Positions 21,299 to 31,445 of a stretch of DNA of 45,053 bases are shown piece after piece. The position numbers and the translations under genes were made by a program. Below the pieces are notes generated by a model that had not been told where the DNA came from, made no database searches, and saw nothing but the letters and a program-made list of their open reading frames with translations. The DNA comes from Fonticula-like sp. SCN 57-25. Taxonomy: Eukaryota. The stretch covers positions 1 through 45,053 of the forward strand of contig MEDX01000023.1 in NCBI GenBank assembly GCA_001724245.1. Direction: 5' to 3'. The first letter of the stretch is position 1. The number at the start of each line of letters is the position of its first letter.

Positions 21299-23922
21299 TC
21301 ATGCTAGGCTATAAAAGGGATACCCGCCGGTCTGCTCAAACTCTTCGTCGAGCAGCTCATTGTCTTGCTCCTCGTCCTCGACAATGTCTAGATGCACCTC
21401 GGGAAGCGGCGAGCGCCAATAGTTGAAATCATTGAACGTCTCGTCGAGATCGCGCGTCTTGCCGGTCAGCGGCGGGAACATTTGGTCCACAATGTCATTG
21501 AGCGCAATGTATCTAGAAAACATGCGTTAAAAAGATTATGTTAACAAATGTGCGTACGTTGATTTATATGTCTCGGCGAGCTCGAGCTTGATATCTCCCT
21601 TTGGGTTGATTGTAAAGATGCGCTGGACCGGCACGCGGACCGCGCGGTACGACTCTGCGTCGGTCGACCTGTTGCCAAACCCAGCGTAAAAAGGCGCCTG
21701 CGACGGGAACAGGTTTGCAATATCGCGCAAGACTGCAATCTTGAATTCCTGCGGCCGCTTCTGGATAACCTCGCGCGTAAAGGCGGCGAGGAGGCGGTCA
21801 GGCGCGCAGATGCACGGCCCGTCCGGGAGGCGCCACCCGCCCGACTGCTCGACCCACTTTAAAAACTCTTTTGTATAGCTGCTCTGCCCGATCGCGCGCG
21901 ACGTCACGTAGATAATCCTGTAACCGTTCTTGGCAATGTTCGAGTAGAGGTTGGCGACGCCGCTGTGCGTCCAGTCCTTGCCGACGGCCGTGAACAGGTG
22001 GCCCATAACATCTGACTTTGTGATCGTGCCGTCAATGTCGCTGATCACGACCTTGACGTCGTGATTCCAGAGGTACAGCGTGCAACGACACGCAGGCTCG
22101 CCGTTCGTGTTGCCGCCAACGAAAAACTCGATCGTGTTGGCGCCGTCGCGCAGCGGCAGCGCTTTCTGTAATCACACAGTCAGCACAAAAAGCAGTCGCA
22201 AAAAACCAATAACGCACCAGCTGCTCGGACGTAAGGCGAACCGACTTGGCGTAGTGGATCGCCGGCGGCCTCGCGGTGGAGCTCTTGGGCGGCGACGTGG
22301 CCAGCAGTGCGGCCGACGACGGCGACATGGCCAGCGCAAAGTGGTCTTCCTTGGGCGACTGCGACGCCGAAGCGGGCAGTGTCGTCGCAGAGGCCGACGC
22401 AATCGGGACGGGCACCGAAGTCTATGCAAAAATTATGTTAGAAAAGCCAAAATAACGGCCGTGGCGCGTACGGGTCTCGTCAGGGATTCCGACTTGCTAG
22501 TAAGCGCGTCTGTGATGGACATTTCCCGGCGGAGGTTGCCCGTCTCGAGGTCCTTCTTTGACCCACCAGTAGGCGTGGCCGTGCCGCTGTTTGCGTCCTT
22601 CTTGCCGCCCCAGAGGCCCGAGAACCACCTCGAGCCACCGCCAGGCGCGGCCGACGTTGGCGTTGCGGGAATCGCCTGCTGGCCCGGAGCGCCCTGCGCC
22701 TTACCATCGAGCAGCGCCTTGAACGCGTCACGCGTGATTGGCTGACCAAAGACGACGAGCGAGGCGATGAGCGGCGCCGCGACGGACCAGCGGAAAAAGT
22801 GGCCGTCGATGCGGACGGCGAGGTTGGGGTGCGCGAGGATGCCCGGCATCGAGCAGAGGTCCTCAAAGCTGATGCGGTTGGCCTCGAAAAGCGCCTCGGC
22901 CGTGGCGGCGTCCTGCGCCGGGCGGAGGTCGCTGTAGCACAGGGACAGCGCAATGTGGTACTTGTGCGACCAGTCAGGGCAGTGCGCGAGGCCGAGCGGG
23001 AGCAGAGGGAGGTCGGGGTCACCCGCGGCGTCCATCGAAATGGGGCCGGGAGCAAAGGACGGTGAAGAAGTGGAAAACTCGTCGCTGTCGGCGGGCGGCA
23101 GGGGCTGCTGCTGCTCCTTCATGGGCAGGCCACCCCACTGCCAGGTCCACTCGCCGGCCGGGGGGGACATTGAGAGCGCATCAGCGGACGACGATGCAGA
23201 GATCGGCTGGTCGGGAAGCACAAGGTCCTCTGTCGCAGACGAAAACCGCGGCACTAGGTGTGATTTAGTAAAAAAACAACGAAAAGAATGCGCGCACAGT
23301 CGCTGGCAGCGCTGCTAAAGGAGGTGGTGCGCGTGGGCAGCGGCTGCGATTGGCTCGTGAGGTGGCCGCTCGGAGGGCTACTCAACTGGTCGTGAGCAAA
23401 AACGTCGTGCGACTGGCTCGAGTCCAGCTTGCCCGAGTCGGGCGACGCCGCGTCAAGGGAGAGGGGGGAGATGTCGGCGCGGCCTTCGTTTGGGATTTGA
23501 ATAGGGGAAGTTGCGATTTCGAGCGGAACGGGACGCTATGAACGAAATAAAGAGAAAAGCAGCGTCAGTTATCAAAATATGTATATAATTCAAGTCGTAC
23601 ATTCGTCTCGACGACGAAAAAGCCTTCGCCGGCCTCGCCGACTTTCATCGACAGGTCAACGATTTCTCCATTAACACGCACGTCGACCTGCAGAGACCGG
23701 AACGAATCAGCGACTGGTTCAGAAAAAGAGCGTGTTGCGTACCCTAATATCGGCGGTTCTAAGCACCTTGAGCTTGCCAAAACGCACATGGAAGGGCGAG
23801 CACACGAGGTCGCCGGCTTCGTTGCGGATCACAAGCACATCTATGGCGCCGCTGAGTGTCGCGGGGTTCATCTCGCGGTAGAACGTGCTCACCGTCGAGA
23901 TGGTCCGCTTAACGTAATCCAT
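21299..23922 (-). CDS. LPIN: Lipin / phosphatidate phosphatase (Pah1)
   Basis: [15 protein letters not shown]...[13 protein letters not shown] motif [28 protein letters not shown]. Multiple introns. Confidence 0.97.
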
Positions 23923-24127
23923 GATTGCACAACACTATAAAACGTGTGCAACCACAACAGGCCCCGCTTGAAACCAGAAGAAATAGCAAGCGGTGCTGTA
24001 CAGGATCACCGCGAGTTGGCTTGTTTGGGGCTTGGGGTGAACAGGAGGAGAGAACCGATCGTGCAAACTAGTTTGCTGAATGGGGGGTGAACAGGGGTGT
24101 ATCAAATCGATCTACCCGCAGTGCACC

Positions 24128-24144
24128 CTTGAATTTGGCGCGAA
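24128..24144 (+). promoter_or_regulatory. Adjacent CHR-like (CTTGAA) and E2F (TTTGGCGCG) sites
   Basis: CTTGAATTTGGCGCGAA ends 18 bp before ATG 24163. Confidence 0.55.
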
Positions 24145-24162
24145 CTGTTCGAGTGCGCGACG

Positions 24163-24639
24163 ATGGCCAAGGCGAAGCGACAGGCAAAGGCCCGCGGCGC
24201 CGCAGCAAATGCTGCGCCCGCAAAGGAGGAGAAAGTTGACAAGACGGACGAGGTGGAGGAAAAGCCGGTGAGCGAAGAAGAGACCGCGGACGAGATGCAG
24301 GAGGTGGCGCAACCGCGCCGGTCATCGCGCGCGCGCTCGTCAGCGGGCAAGGTGCCCGAAGTGACGAACGAGAAGCCCCTTAATGCTGCTGCGCATGCGA
24401 TGCAAGCAAAGTCTCCGAGGGCGACGCCGTCTCCCCGCAAGGCGTCGACGCCTTCGCCGCTCAAGAGGAGCGACGCCAATAGCGACTCGACGAGCGATGC
24501 GTCGGCCACGCCGACCAAGCGGAGAAAGACGCTTGCAATTCAAAAGCTGGAGGATACGACGCCCGAGTATCTCGACCGCATGAAGAGCTTTTTCGAGAAC
24601 GAAGTAGACTCTTTTGAGGTTCCGGTCGACTTTGCATGA
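24163..24639 (+). CDS. Sororin-like protein (disordered, C-terminal sororin motif)
   Basis: Low-complexity body with S/T-P sites; ends PEYLDRMKSFFENEVDSFEVPVDFA, resembling the sororin C-terminal motif. Confidence 0.65.
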   Translation: MAKAKRQAKARGAAANAAPAKEEKVDKTDEVEEKPVSEEETADEMQEVAQPRRSSRARSSAGKVPEVTNEKPLNAAAHAMQAKSPRATPSPRKASTPSPLKRSDANSDSTSDASATPTKRRKTLAIQKLEDTTPEYLDRMKSFFENEVDSFEVPVDFA

Positions 24640-24793
24640 GCGTTTTCTTTTGTCGGTTCATTTCGTGTTGTATTTTGAGGCATTTCTATCTGGTGTTTGA
24701 TACTTCGGGTACTTTATAAATATACTTTTGCTAAACACTGAATATCGGATAAAACTTTCACTGATGGTACACACGAGCGCCTGAGCCTGCCGA

Positions 24794-26162
24794 CTAGTTT
24801 GGCATGTTCATCGGCAGCGACGCAAACATTTCCTTGAAGACGACCTTGTCCCTCTCCGCGCGGAGCTGGTCGGCCGCGCGGAACCCGCCCGTCCTGCGCA
24901 GCCCCTTTTCATTGATGAACTTTTTGATGTGCTGCGCGGGCGACGCCAGGCTGATTCGCCGCCGCACCTCGGCCTGGTGCTCGGCGGACGCCGCCTCGAT
25001 GGCCTTTAGTCGCTTGATGTGCGGCGCCTTTTCCGCGTCGGGCGGCCGGATGGCGTTAATCTGCGCAAACATTGACATGCGCGCCTCTTGAATTCCCTCG
25101 ATATCCTGCACGGGCGCCACCAGTACGCGCATCGTCTCGACGACGGGCGTCGTGGGCTCGGGCGCCGGCGCGAGGACGGTAGCGAGCGCGTCCTCGGCCT
25201 CGCAGAGCAGGTCCTCAATGTCGCCCAGGCGGCCTTCGTGAGCCTTGAAGCGCGCCTGGTCGGCGAGAACGACCTTGAGCTCCGCCTCCCAGTGCTTCTT
25301 CACGTCCGCCTTGGCGTCCTTTGTGAAGCGGTTCGCGTGGCGGTCAAACACGACACGCGCCTTGCCGAGCGCTGTGCGGAGGTCGCCAAGTGTAGAGGGT
25401 GCAGGGTGGGCGCGGCGGCGCAGCAGGTCTGTCTTCATCTTATTCGAAGTCTCCACCAGCGATGGGAGCGTCGAAGACAATTGCTCGGCGTCCGCGTCAG
25501 CGCTGTCAAAGGACAGCGCGTACCGGACGCGCGTCTGCAGCTGCTCGTCCTCGCGTAGCAGCCGCTGTACAGGAGAATCTACGTGTACGTCAGCACACTA
25601 GCATCATGGCCATTAACGTACCGCGCGAGCTCACGGTGAGCGTCTGGATAGCACCGATGGCCTCGGCTCTTTGGGTGGCCAGCTGCTGCATCGAGTACAT
25701 GACGCTAGCACGAAGGGCGTCAAGGCCGCGTCGAAGGACCTCTGTCTGGTTGCGCTGGACGCGCAGCTTATCGAGCAGGGCGCGGCGTTCGGCGGCCGAC
25801 ATGCCCGACGACGTGTTGGCTGCCGCACGACCGCGAGGGTTCCAGTCGTCCGGGGCATGCAGCCGAAGAAGCGAGCCTTCAATCAAATCGTCCAGGGATT
25901 CCAGCTCAAAAAAGATACCGCAGTCGGGATCGCGGATGTAAATCGGAGGAAAGTCAGCCGCCTCCAATGTAAAGGCAAAGCGCTGCTCAAAGAGGCGGCG
26001 CAGCGATGGCAGCACGGGCGCATCTGCCTCAAACGATGTCTTGCGCGTCTCCCGGCCAACCTGCAAAAAGAGACGCTTTACACTAACATGGCGGTCTGTG
26101 CCGTGTTAGTGCCAGATAACCACGCGGCTACGCGTACCATCGGTTAAAACCTGTGACGCCAT
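24794..26162 (-). CDS. Bud6/Aip3-like actin nucleation-promoting factor
   Basis: MASQVLTDDRHVSVKRLFLQVGRETRK...LRRLFEQRF...FPPIYIRDPDCGIFFELESLDDLIEGSLLRL and KKHWEAELKVV are AIP3-domain motifs; two introns. Confidence 0.85.
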
Positions 26163-26336
26163 CGCCGGCTGCAGGGGTGACGAGACCAAAATATGCAGAC
26201 TTGCATATTTGCGAAATCCGGGGTAAATCCGGGGTGGTTTTGGGCCAGAGCTGTCCTAAAAAGGAAATTCACGAGAATGGGCCAATCAGAGGCGATCAAT
26301 CCAGTTTTCCCGCGCGACACGAACCCGACGAGAGCG

Positions 26337-27176
26337 ATGAGCGCGATTCGGGGAAACCTGGCCGACGTGACGGCTCGCATGGCCACGGTGGCAGGTGGTC
26401 GGAGCGTCAATTTGGTAGCAGTAAGCAAAACCAAGCCCGCCGCCGATGTCCTTGCCGCGTACGAGGCCGGCCAGCGCCACTTTGGCGAAAACTACGTGCA
26501 GGAGCTAGTGGAGAAGGCCCCGTCGCTCCCGAGCGACATCAAGTGGCACTTTATCGGGCATCTTCAGACCAACAAGGCAAAGATGGTGGCCGCCATTTCT
26601 AATCTTTACATGGTCGAGACGGTCGATAGCGAGCGTCTCGCCAATGCGCTGAACCGCGCGCTGCCCGACAACGCGTCGCCGCTTCGCGTGCTCATTCAGG
26701 TCAATACAAGCGGCGAGGACGGTACGTATTGTATTTTTCTTGGTTGTTGTAACACATTTTTTGCAGCGAAAAGCGGAGTGGAGCCGTCGGCGTGTGCGAC
26801 GCTGGCTCGCCACATCCAGTCGAGCTGCCCAAAGCTGCGGTTTTCCGGCGTAATGACGATAGGCAGCGTTTCCCAGTCGCTCAACGAAGACGCCCGTCCC
26901 AACCCTGACTTTGCAGTATGTGGAATATTGTTGCTTTAATTGATATTTACGCATTGGTGTGTAGCGCCTTGTAGAGTGCGCCAAGTCGGTCGCGAGCGAG
27001 CTCAACATGCAGCCGAGCGAGCTGGAACTATCAATGGGCATGTCCCACGACTTTGAGCACGCGGTCCGCCTTTCTTTTTATTAATTTATTTTGCTCATAC
27101 TTGCCTGTAGATTGAAATGGGCAGCACGTCGGTTCGCGTGGGGTCGCGCATTTTCGGTGATCGCGTGTATGCATGA
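26337..27176 (+). CDS. PLPBP: Pyridoxal phosphate homeostasis protein (YggS/PROSC)
   Basis: LVAVSKTKP, HFGENYVQE, WHFIGHLQTNK, LSMGMSHDF, GSTSVRVGSRIFG; three introns. Confidence 0.97.
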
Positions 27177-27258
27177 AAGCCGCCTGTAGCGCAAAACTTT
27201 ACAATAGAGCATATTTATACTGTCGCGTTTTATATATTAAAAATGGCTTTACACATAC

Positions 27259-27837
27259 TTAAAAGTAGGTGGTGTACACGATGGCAATGATGATGGCCAG
27301 AGGCGCGAGGTACACAAGCGGGCTAGGAGAAAAAGGTTAGTGAAAGTGCAGAACAAACAGACTGCGCACTTGGGGCCCTGCTGCTGCTGAGTGGCGCGGA
27401 TGGGCTTGAGCGTGGTGGGCTTGGCAGCCGCAGCCTTGGTCTCACCGGCCTTTAGGTGTGCGTGAGAACCATGTCACAGGGGAAAGAGAGATCATACATC
27501 AACGTAGCCGATGATCATCTTGTCGGCCATGTCGCGGGCCTCCTTGGAATGGCCAACATCGTCAAAAGCCTCAGTTCCGTCCTTGCCGGACTGCTCGAGG
27601 AGAACCTCCTCACCTCCGGGATGCTACAAAGGCGCCGCAACGTTAGTTGCCTCACTTCGCCGTTTCCCCACGCACCTCAGTGGCAAACTTGGAGAGGTCG
27701 AGCACCTTGCCGTTGATGATGGACCAGCAGTCGCCGGCCTTGTTGTGGAGGGCAACCTCCTCAAGGGTGTACTTTTTCAATTCGCTACAGCCGCCGCGTT
27801 AGAACGCACGCAAAAAAACCGCCCCGCCGTACGCCAT
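27259..27837 (-). CDS. CYB5: Cytochrome b5, tail-anchored
   Basis: [17 protein letters not shown]...[26 protein letters not shown] plus C-terminal TM; four introns. Confidence 0.96.
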
Positions 27838-27953
27838 GTCAGTGGGCAGCTTGTTGAACAGCAGCAAATGGTTGCCGCAAGGCTGTGACAAGACTCTTTC
27901 GGCCAATCAGATCTCGTCGCGCAATGCGATAGCGCACCATGTGATTGGGAGTT

Positions 27954-27965
27954 TGTCATACGATA
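27954..27965 (-). promoter_or_regulatory. SRE-like element upstream of cytochrome b5
   Basis: Minus strand reads TATCGTATGACA; CCAAT boxes at 27944-27948 (minus) and 27903-27907 (plus). Confidence 0.5.
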
Positions 27966-28081
27966 CATGTATCGCAAGCTCCATGACACAATATATGCGC
28001 AGGAAAGCGAGGCGCGTTTTGCATTATTGGCAGCAATGGCAAGTACAATATAAACAGACATAATGAGAAAAATGGAATGGG

Positions 28082-29176
28082 TTATGCTTGCTTTTCGGAA
28101 CCACCGTTTTTTGGCGTGCTCTTTGGCTTGTTGTTCGAAACATACGGGCGCTGGGTAAAGGTCACGGATAGGCCGATGACAACGTCCTGGGGCCTCTGAA
28201 CGGTGGCCTGGGCGGATGCAATGACCCGGAGCCACATGAAAGGGAGCGGAATCATGGACACTGCGGCCGCCACGCCGGCGCTACCCCTCGAGTCAATGCG
28301 GCCGTAGAGCTGCAGGTTGTTAGCAAGCTCCCACGAACCGCCGAGCCGCAGCGTGCGCTTGATAGGACCAGCATCATTGTCGGCGGCGGTGCGCTCGCTT
28401 TCGGGTACCCTCTCAAGCTCAAAGTCGCCGCCAACGGATACCCGCCGGCCGTTGTAAATGTGCTCCTGAACATACGCACCGCGCACGAATCTAAAGCTTT
28501 CACGCGTGCGTGCGCTCATCTGGTAGCGGATCTTGTTGTCCACGTCCACGCTACCATAGCTGACTCCTGCGTCAAGACATACGTCAAAACGGCGGTCTGC
28601 ATAGCGGTAGTAGTCGGGGACGGGGATCGCGGAAGCGATGGCAGAAACGCGCAGGCGGGAGCCGAGCGGAACAACGACCGCCGCGCTCAAGTAGTCTTTC
28701 GTGGGCAGAAAGCGCCCAGACGCCGTGAGCATGCATCGCGCAAGGTTGAAGCCACCATCGAGCGCGACGTCGGCTCCGCCAGTCTTTGTCTGCGCGACGG
28801 ACCCGAACAGGAAGGCAGGGGTCTCGACTGTCCCCGCGCGAAAGTCGAGGGCAAGTGGCGAGTCTGCCTCTGTCGAGGCACGCGCATGCATGCTAAAGTT
28901 CCCCTCCTCGGCCATTAGTTCCGCGTGCGACGTGACCGAGTGCTGCTGCTTTGAGTTACTGGGCGGCACCAGCCTCAGGGAGCCGAGCGCGCGGACATGC
29001 GTGTCCGGATGCAGCAAAAAGTGCACCGACGACTCGCCAAACGGCGCGTTCAGCAAGTCACCCGCAAGGTCGCGCTCAAATGGCGAGCGTGCGCGACGGA
29101 AAAAGCTCGACCAAGGCGCGCTCCGCACCCCCGCGAGCTCGTCCCACTGCCGTGCCTGCTCCCAGTTGATGTCCAT
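28082..29176 (-). CDS. Predicted beta-barrel outer-membrane protein (eukaryotic porin superfamily; OM47-like or Mdm10-like)
   Basis: Intronless; many amphipathic strands (LDAGVSYG, VSVGGDFEL, LRLGGSWEL, LQLYGRIDS, VVIGLSVTF) and no long hydrophobic helix. Alternative ATG at 29206. Confidence 0.55.
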   Translation of the reverse strand: MDINWEQARQWDELAGVRSAPWSSFFRRARSPFERDLAGDLLNAPFGESSVHFLLHPDTHVRALGSLRLVPPSNSKQQHSVTSHAELMAEEGNFSMHARASTEADSPLALDFRAGTVETPAFLFGSVAQTKTGGADVALDGGFNLARCMLTASGRFLPTKDYLSAAVVVPLGSRLRVSAIASAIPVPDYYRYADRRFDVCLDAGVSYGSVDVDNKIRYQMSARTRESFRFVRGAYVQEHIYNGRRVSVGGDFELERVPESERTAADNDAGPIKRTLRLGGSWELANNLQLYGRIDSRGSAGVAAAVSMIPLPFMWLRVIASAQATVQRPQDVVIGLSVTFTQRPYVSNNKPKSTPKNGGSEKQA

Positions 29177-29211
29177 CGCCAGAATGCAAACTGTCGTAGT
29201 TTGCATCAATC

Positions 29212-29904
29212 ATGGCTGATCTCGACGATGTCGTCGTGCCGGCCGACCTCTACGAGGCGGTCCAGCTCGTGCTAAAGTCCTGGCCGCTCCTCCACCTCTC
29301 CGTCACGAACGAATGGGGAGGGCCCGATACCAAGGAGAAGGCCGAGTGGCTTGCGGGCGTGCTCGGGCAGGTTCTCGCCGCGCGTACGATCCGTTCGTTT
29401 GAATCCCACGTGGGCTGACGCGCTGCTGTGCTGCTTGCTAGCCAAGAAGATTGAGGTCTTTGGGGTCGAGGACATCCTGGACGACATTATGAGCGAAGAG
29501 TTTGAAGTTGTCGCCGACGACGGAAGCATTGCGCAGGTGGCTCGCCTGCTCGTCCGGTTGCGCGATGAGCTCGCCGCCGGTGACGAGAGCGGGCTGGTGG
29601 AGCTGCGCGCAAGGCGGACTGCCAGCGGCGACTCGCTCAAGGCGGCGCTCAAGGGCAGCGCAGCCGATGCGGTGCGTTTATTTGTCTGGTTTTAGCTGGT
29701 TCTGACGGCGGATCGCAGAGCGCTGGCAATGACGATGAGGACGTTGACGAGGAGGGTGGCGAGTGGGAGGACGAGGACGCCGCAATGGACGGGGAGGCCC
29801 CTAAGGCGTCGTCTTCTAGCGCCTCGACAAAGGCGGAGAACAAGAAGCCCGAGCCCGACGCCGACGGTTGGACGACTGTTCCCACCAAGGGCCGCCGCCG
29901 CTAA
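29212..29904 (+). CDS. TSR2: Pre-rRNA-processing protein TSR2
   Basis: WPLLHLSVTNEWGGPDTKEKAEW (WGG motif), EFEVVADDGS, acidic tail ending DADGWTTV; two introns. Confidence 0.95.
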
Positions 29905-30043
29905 AGCGCGGTTTTGCTAGTTTTCACCGACTTGTACATAGCGCAGTTTCATATATTGGTTGCATCAGCTGTGAGCAGAGTCTGTTTGACCACAATTTGT
30001 ATATTCAAAGAATGCTGTTTGTACAAAGAAGCACGGGGCGAAA

Positions 30044-30513
30044 CTAAAAGAGGGCCGTGAAGTCGCGCGAAAGAGTGATAAGCTCATTGTAGTTCTTCAT
30101 ATCTGCACACAAAAATGAGCCAATGTTTGGTGAAATAGCTCGAGGTCGTACCAAAGTCGTCGCCAAAGCTCGTGGTGGCGAGCTCGCGGACGCTGAGATC
30201 GGGCGAGACGTCGCCGATCACCTCGATGAACTGCGAGCTGTACTGCGCACCCTACACAAAAGCATTAGCCAAACAAAGCGTTACAACCTTGTATGTGTCA
30301 ACGCACGGGGAGAGAGTGGACAGTCACCTGGCCGCCATCGCTTGTCTCGAGCACAACATTACCCTGGTTCACCTAGACGACAGTGTCAGCACGGCGACAT
30401 CCCGCCCATCAGGGCCATCGCACCTGCACAAGCTTTCCAACGAGGCGGACACGCTGGTCCACAAACTGAGACAAAAGCGCCTTGTTGACACGCGGGGTCG
30501 TCGTGGATTCCAT
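30044..30513 (-). CDS. RPA3: Replication protein A 14 kDa subunit
   Basis: Four exons: TPRVNKALLSQFVDQRVRLVGKL...SDGGQVTV...FIEVIG...FGDDFDMKNYNELI. Confidence 0.92.
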
Positions 30514-30546
30514 GTCGTCTGTGCCTTTCCAGAGGTGGCGCTCGGA

Positions 30547-30558
30547 TTTCGCGCCAAA
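30547..30558. promoter_or_regulatory. E2F-type site in the RPA3/PDCL3 divergent promoter
   Basis: TTTCGCGCCAAA; reverse CHR (TTCAAA) at 30593-30598. Confidence 0.6.
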
Positions 30559-30603
30559 AAGCAGTGATGTTTCTGCGTCGGGTTTGGTCGTTTTCAAACC
30601 AAC

Positions 30604-31296
30604 ATGCCGGGCGTGGTGAGGGAGACGACGGAATGGGAGGACATTCAGCGCCGCTTTGGCAACCTCCCTCCGGCCGAGCTCATTGTGGACGACGAGGCAC
30701 TTGGCGTGCTTGCTGATGAGGCCGCTGACCGCCACGAAGAGTCCAAGTACGACGACATGGACGTGGACGACATTGACGCGCTGCTGGATGAGGCCGAGGA
30801 CGCGGCCGACGACGAGGACATGCGCTTCCTCGCAGAGTACCGCTCGCAGCGCCTCGCCGCTCTCTACCGCGAGGTTGAGCGCGGCGTTGTACGAACGCTC
30901 GAATCGCGTGACCAGTTTGCCGAGCGCGTGACGCGTGCGCCCCCAGGTGAGACGGTCGTCGTCCACCTGTTCCGGGAGCGCCTCACGCCGTCCGACATGA
31001 TGGACGCCGCCATCGTCCTCCTCGCGCGCAAGTTTAATGAAATTACGTTTTTCCGGATGGCCTCTACGACATGTATACCTGGCTATCCCGACGCGAACCT
31101 CCCCACCCTGCTCGTCTACCGCGATGGAGTGGTGCGCAAGACACTCGCCGGCCTGACTCGCTTTGGCGGCCCGCGCATGACGCCCGACGACGTAGAGTGG
31201 GAGCTGGCCCAGGAGGGCGTGCTCCGAACCGAGCTCGAAGAAAACCCGCACATTTCGACGCACAACCGCGTGTTTGTAAATATCCAGCGGTCGTGA
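30604..31296 (+). CDS. PDCL3: Phosducin-like protein (PhLP2/Plp2 subgroup)
   Basis: TTEWEDIQRRFGNLPP, VVVHLF, CIPGYPDANLPTLLVY; single exon. Confidence 0.93.
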   Translation: MPGVVRETTEWEDIQRRFGNLPPAELIVDDEALGVLADEAADRHEESKYDDMDVDDIDALLDEAEDAADDEDMRFLAEYRSQRLAALYREVERGVVRTLESRDQFAERVTRAPPGETVVVHLFRERLTPSDMMDAAIVLLARKFNEITFFRMASTTCIPGYPDANLPTLLVYRDGVVRKTLAGLTRFGGPRMTPDDVEWELAQEGVLRTELEENPHISTHNRVFVNIQRS

Positions 31297-31445
31297 CCGC
31301 GCGCGTAACGTTTTGTACAAGTATTGTTGTATTAAAATTGCATAGAAACAGCGACAAAACAGGCGAGCCGAGGGATTTCCATCCCGCATGGCTATTGATA
31401 CGAAATGAAAATGAAGCAAACAAACAAAAAAACTACTCGAGCAGA

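Noticed and set aside
27961-27974. 14-bp palindrome CGATACATGTATCG
   Set aside because: Single occurrence overlapping the SRE-like site; no independent support for function.
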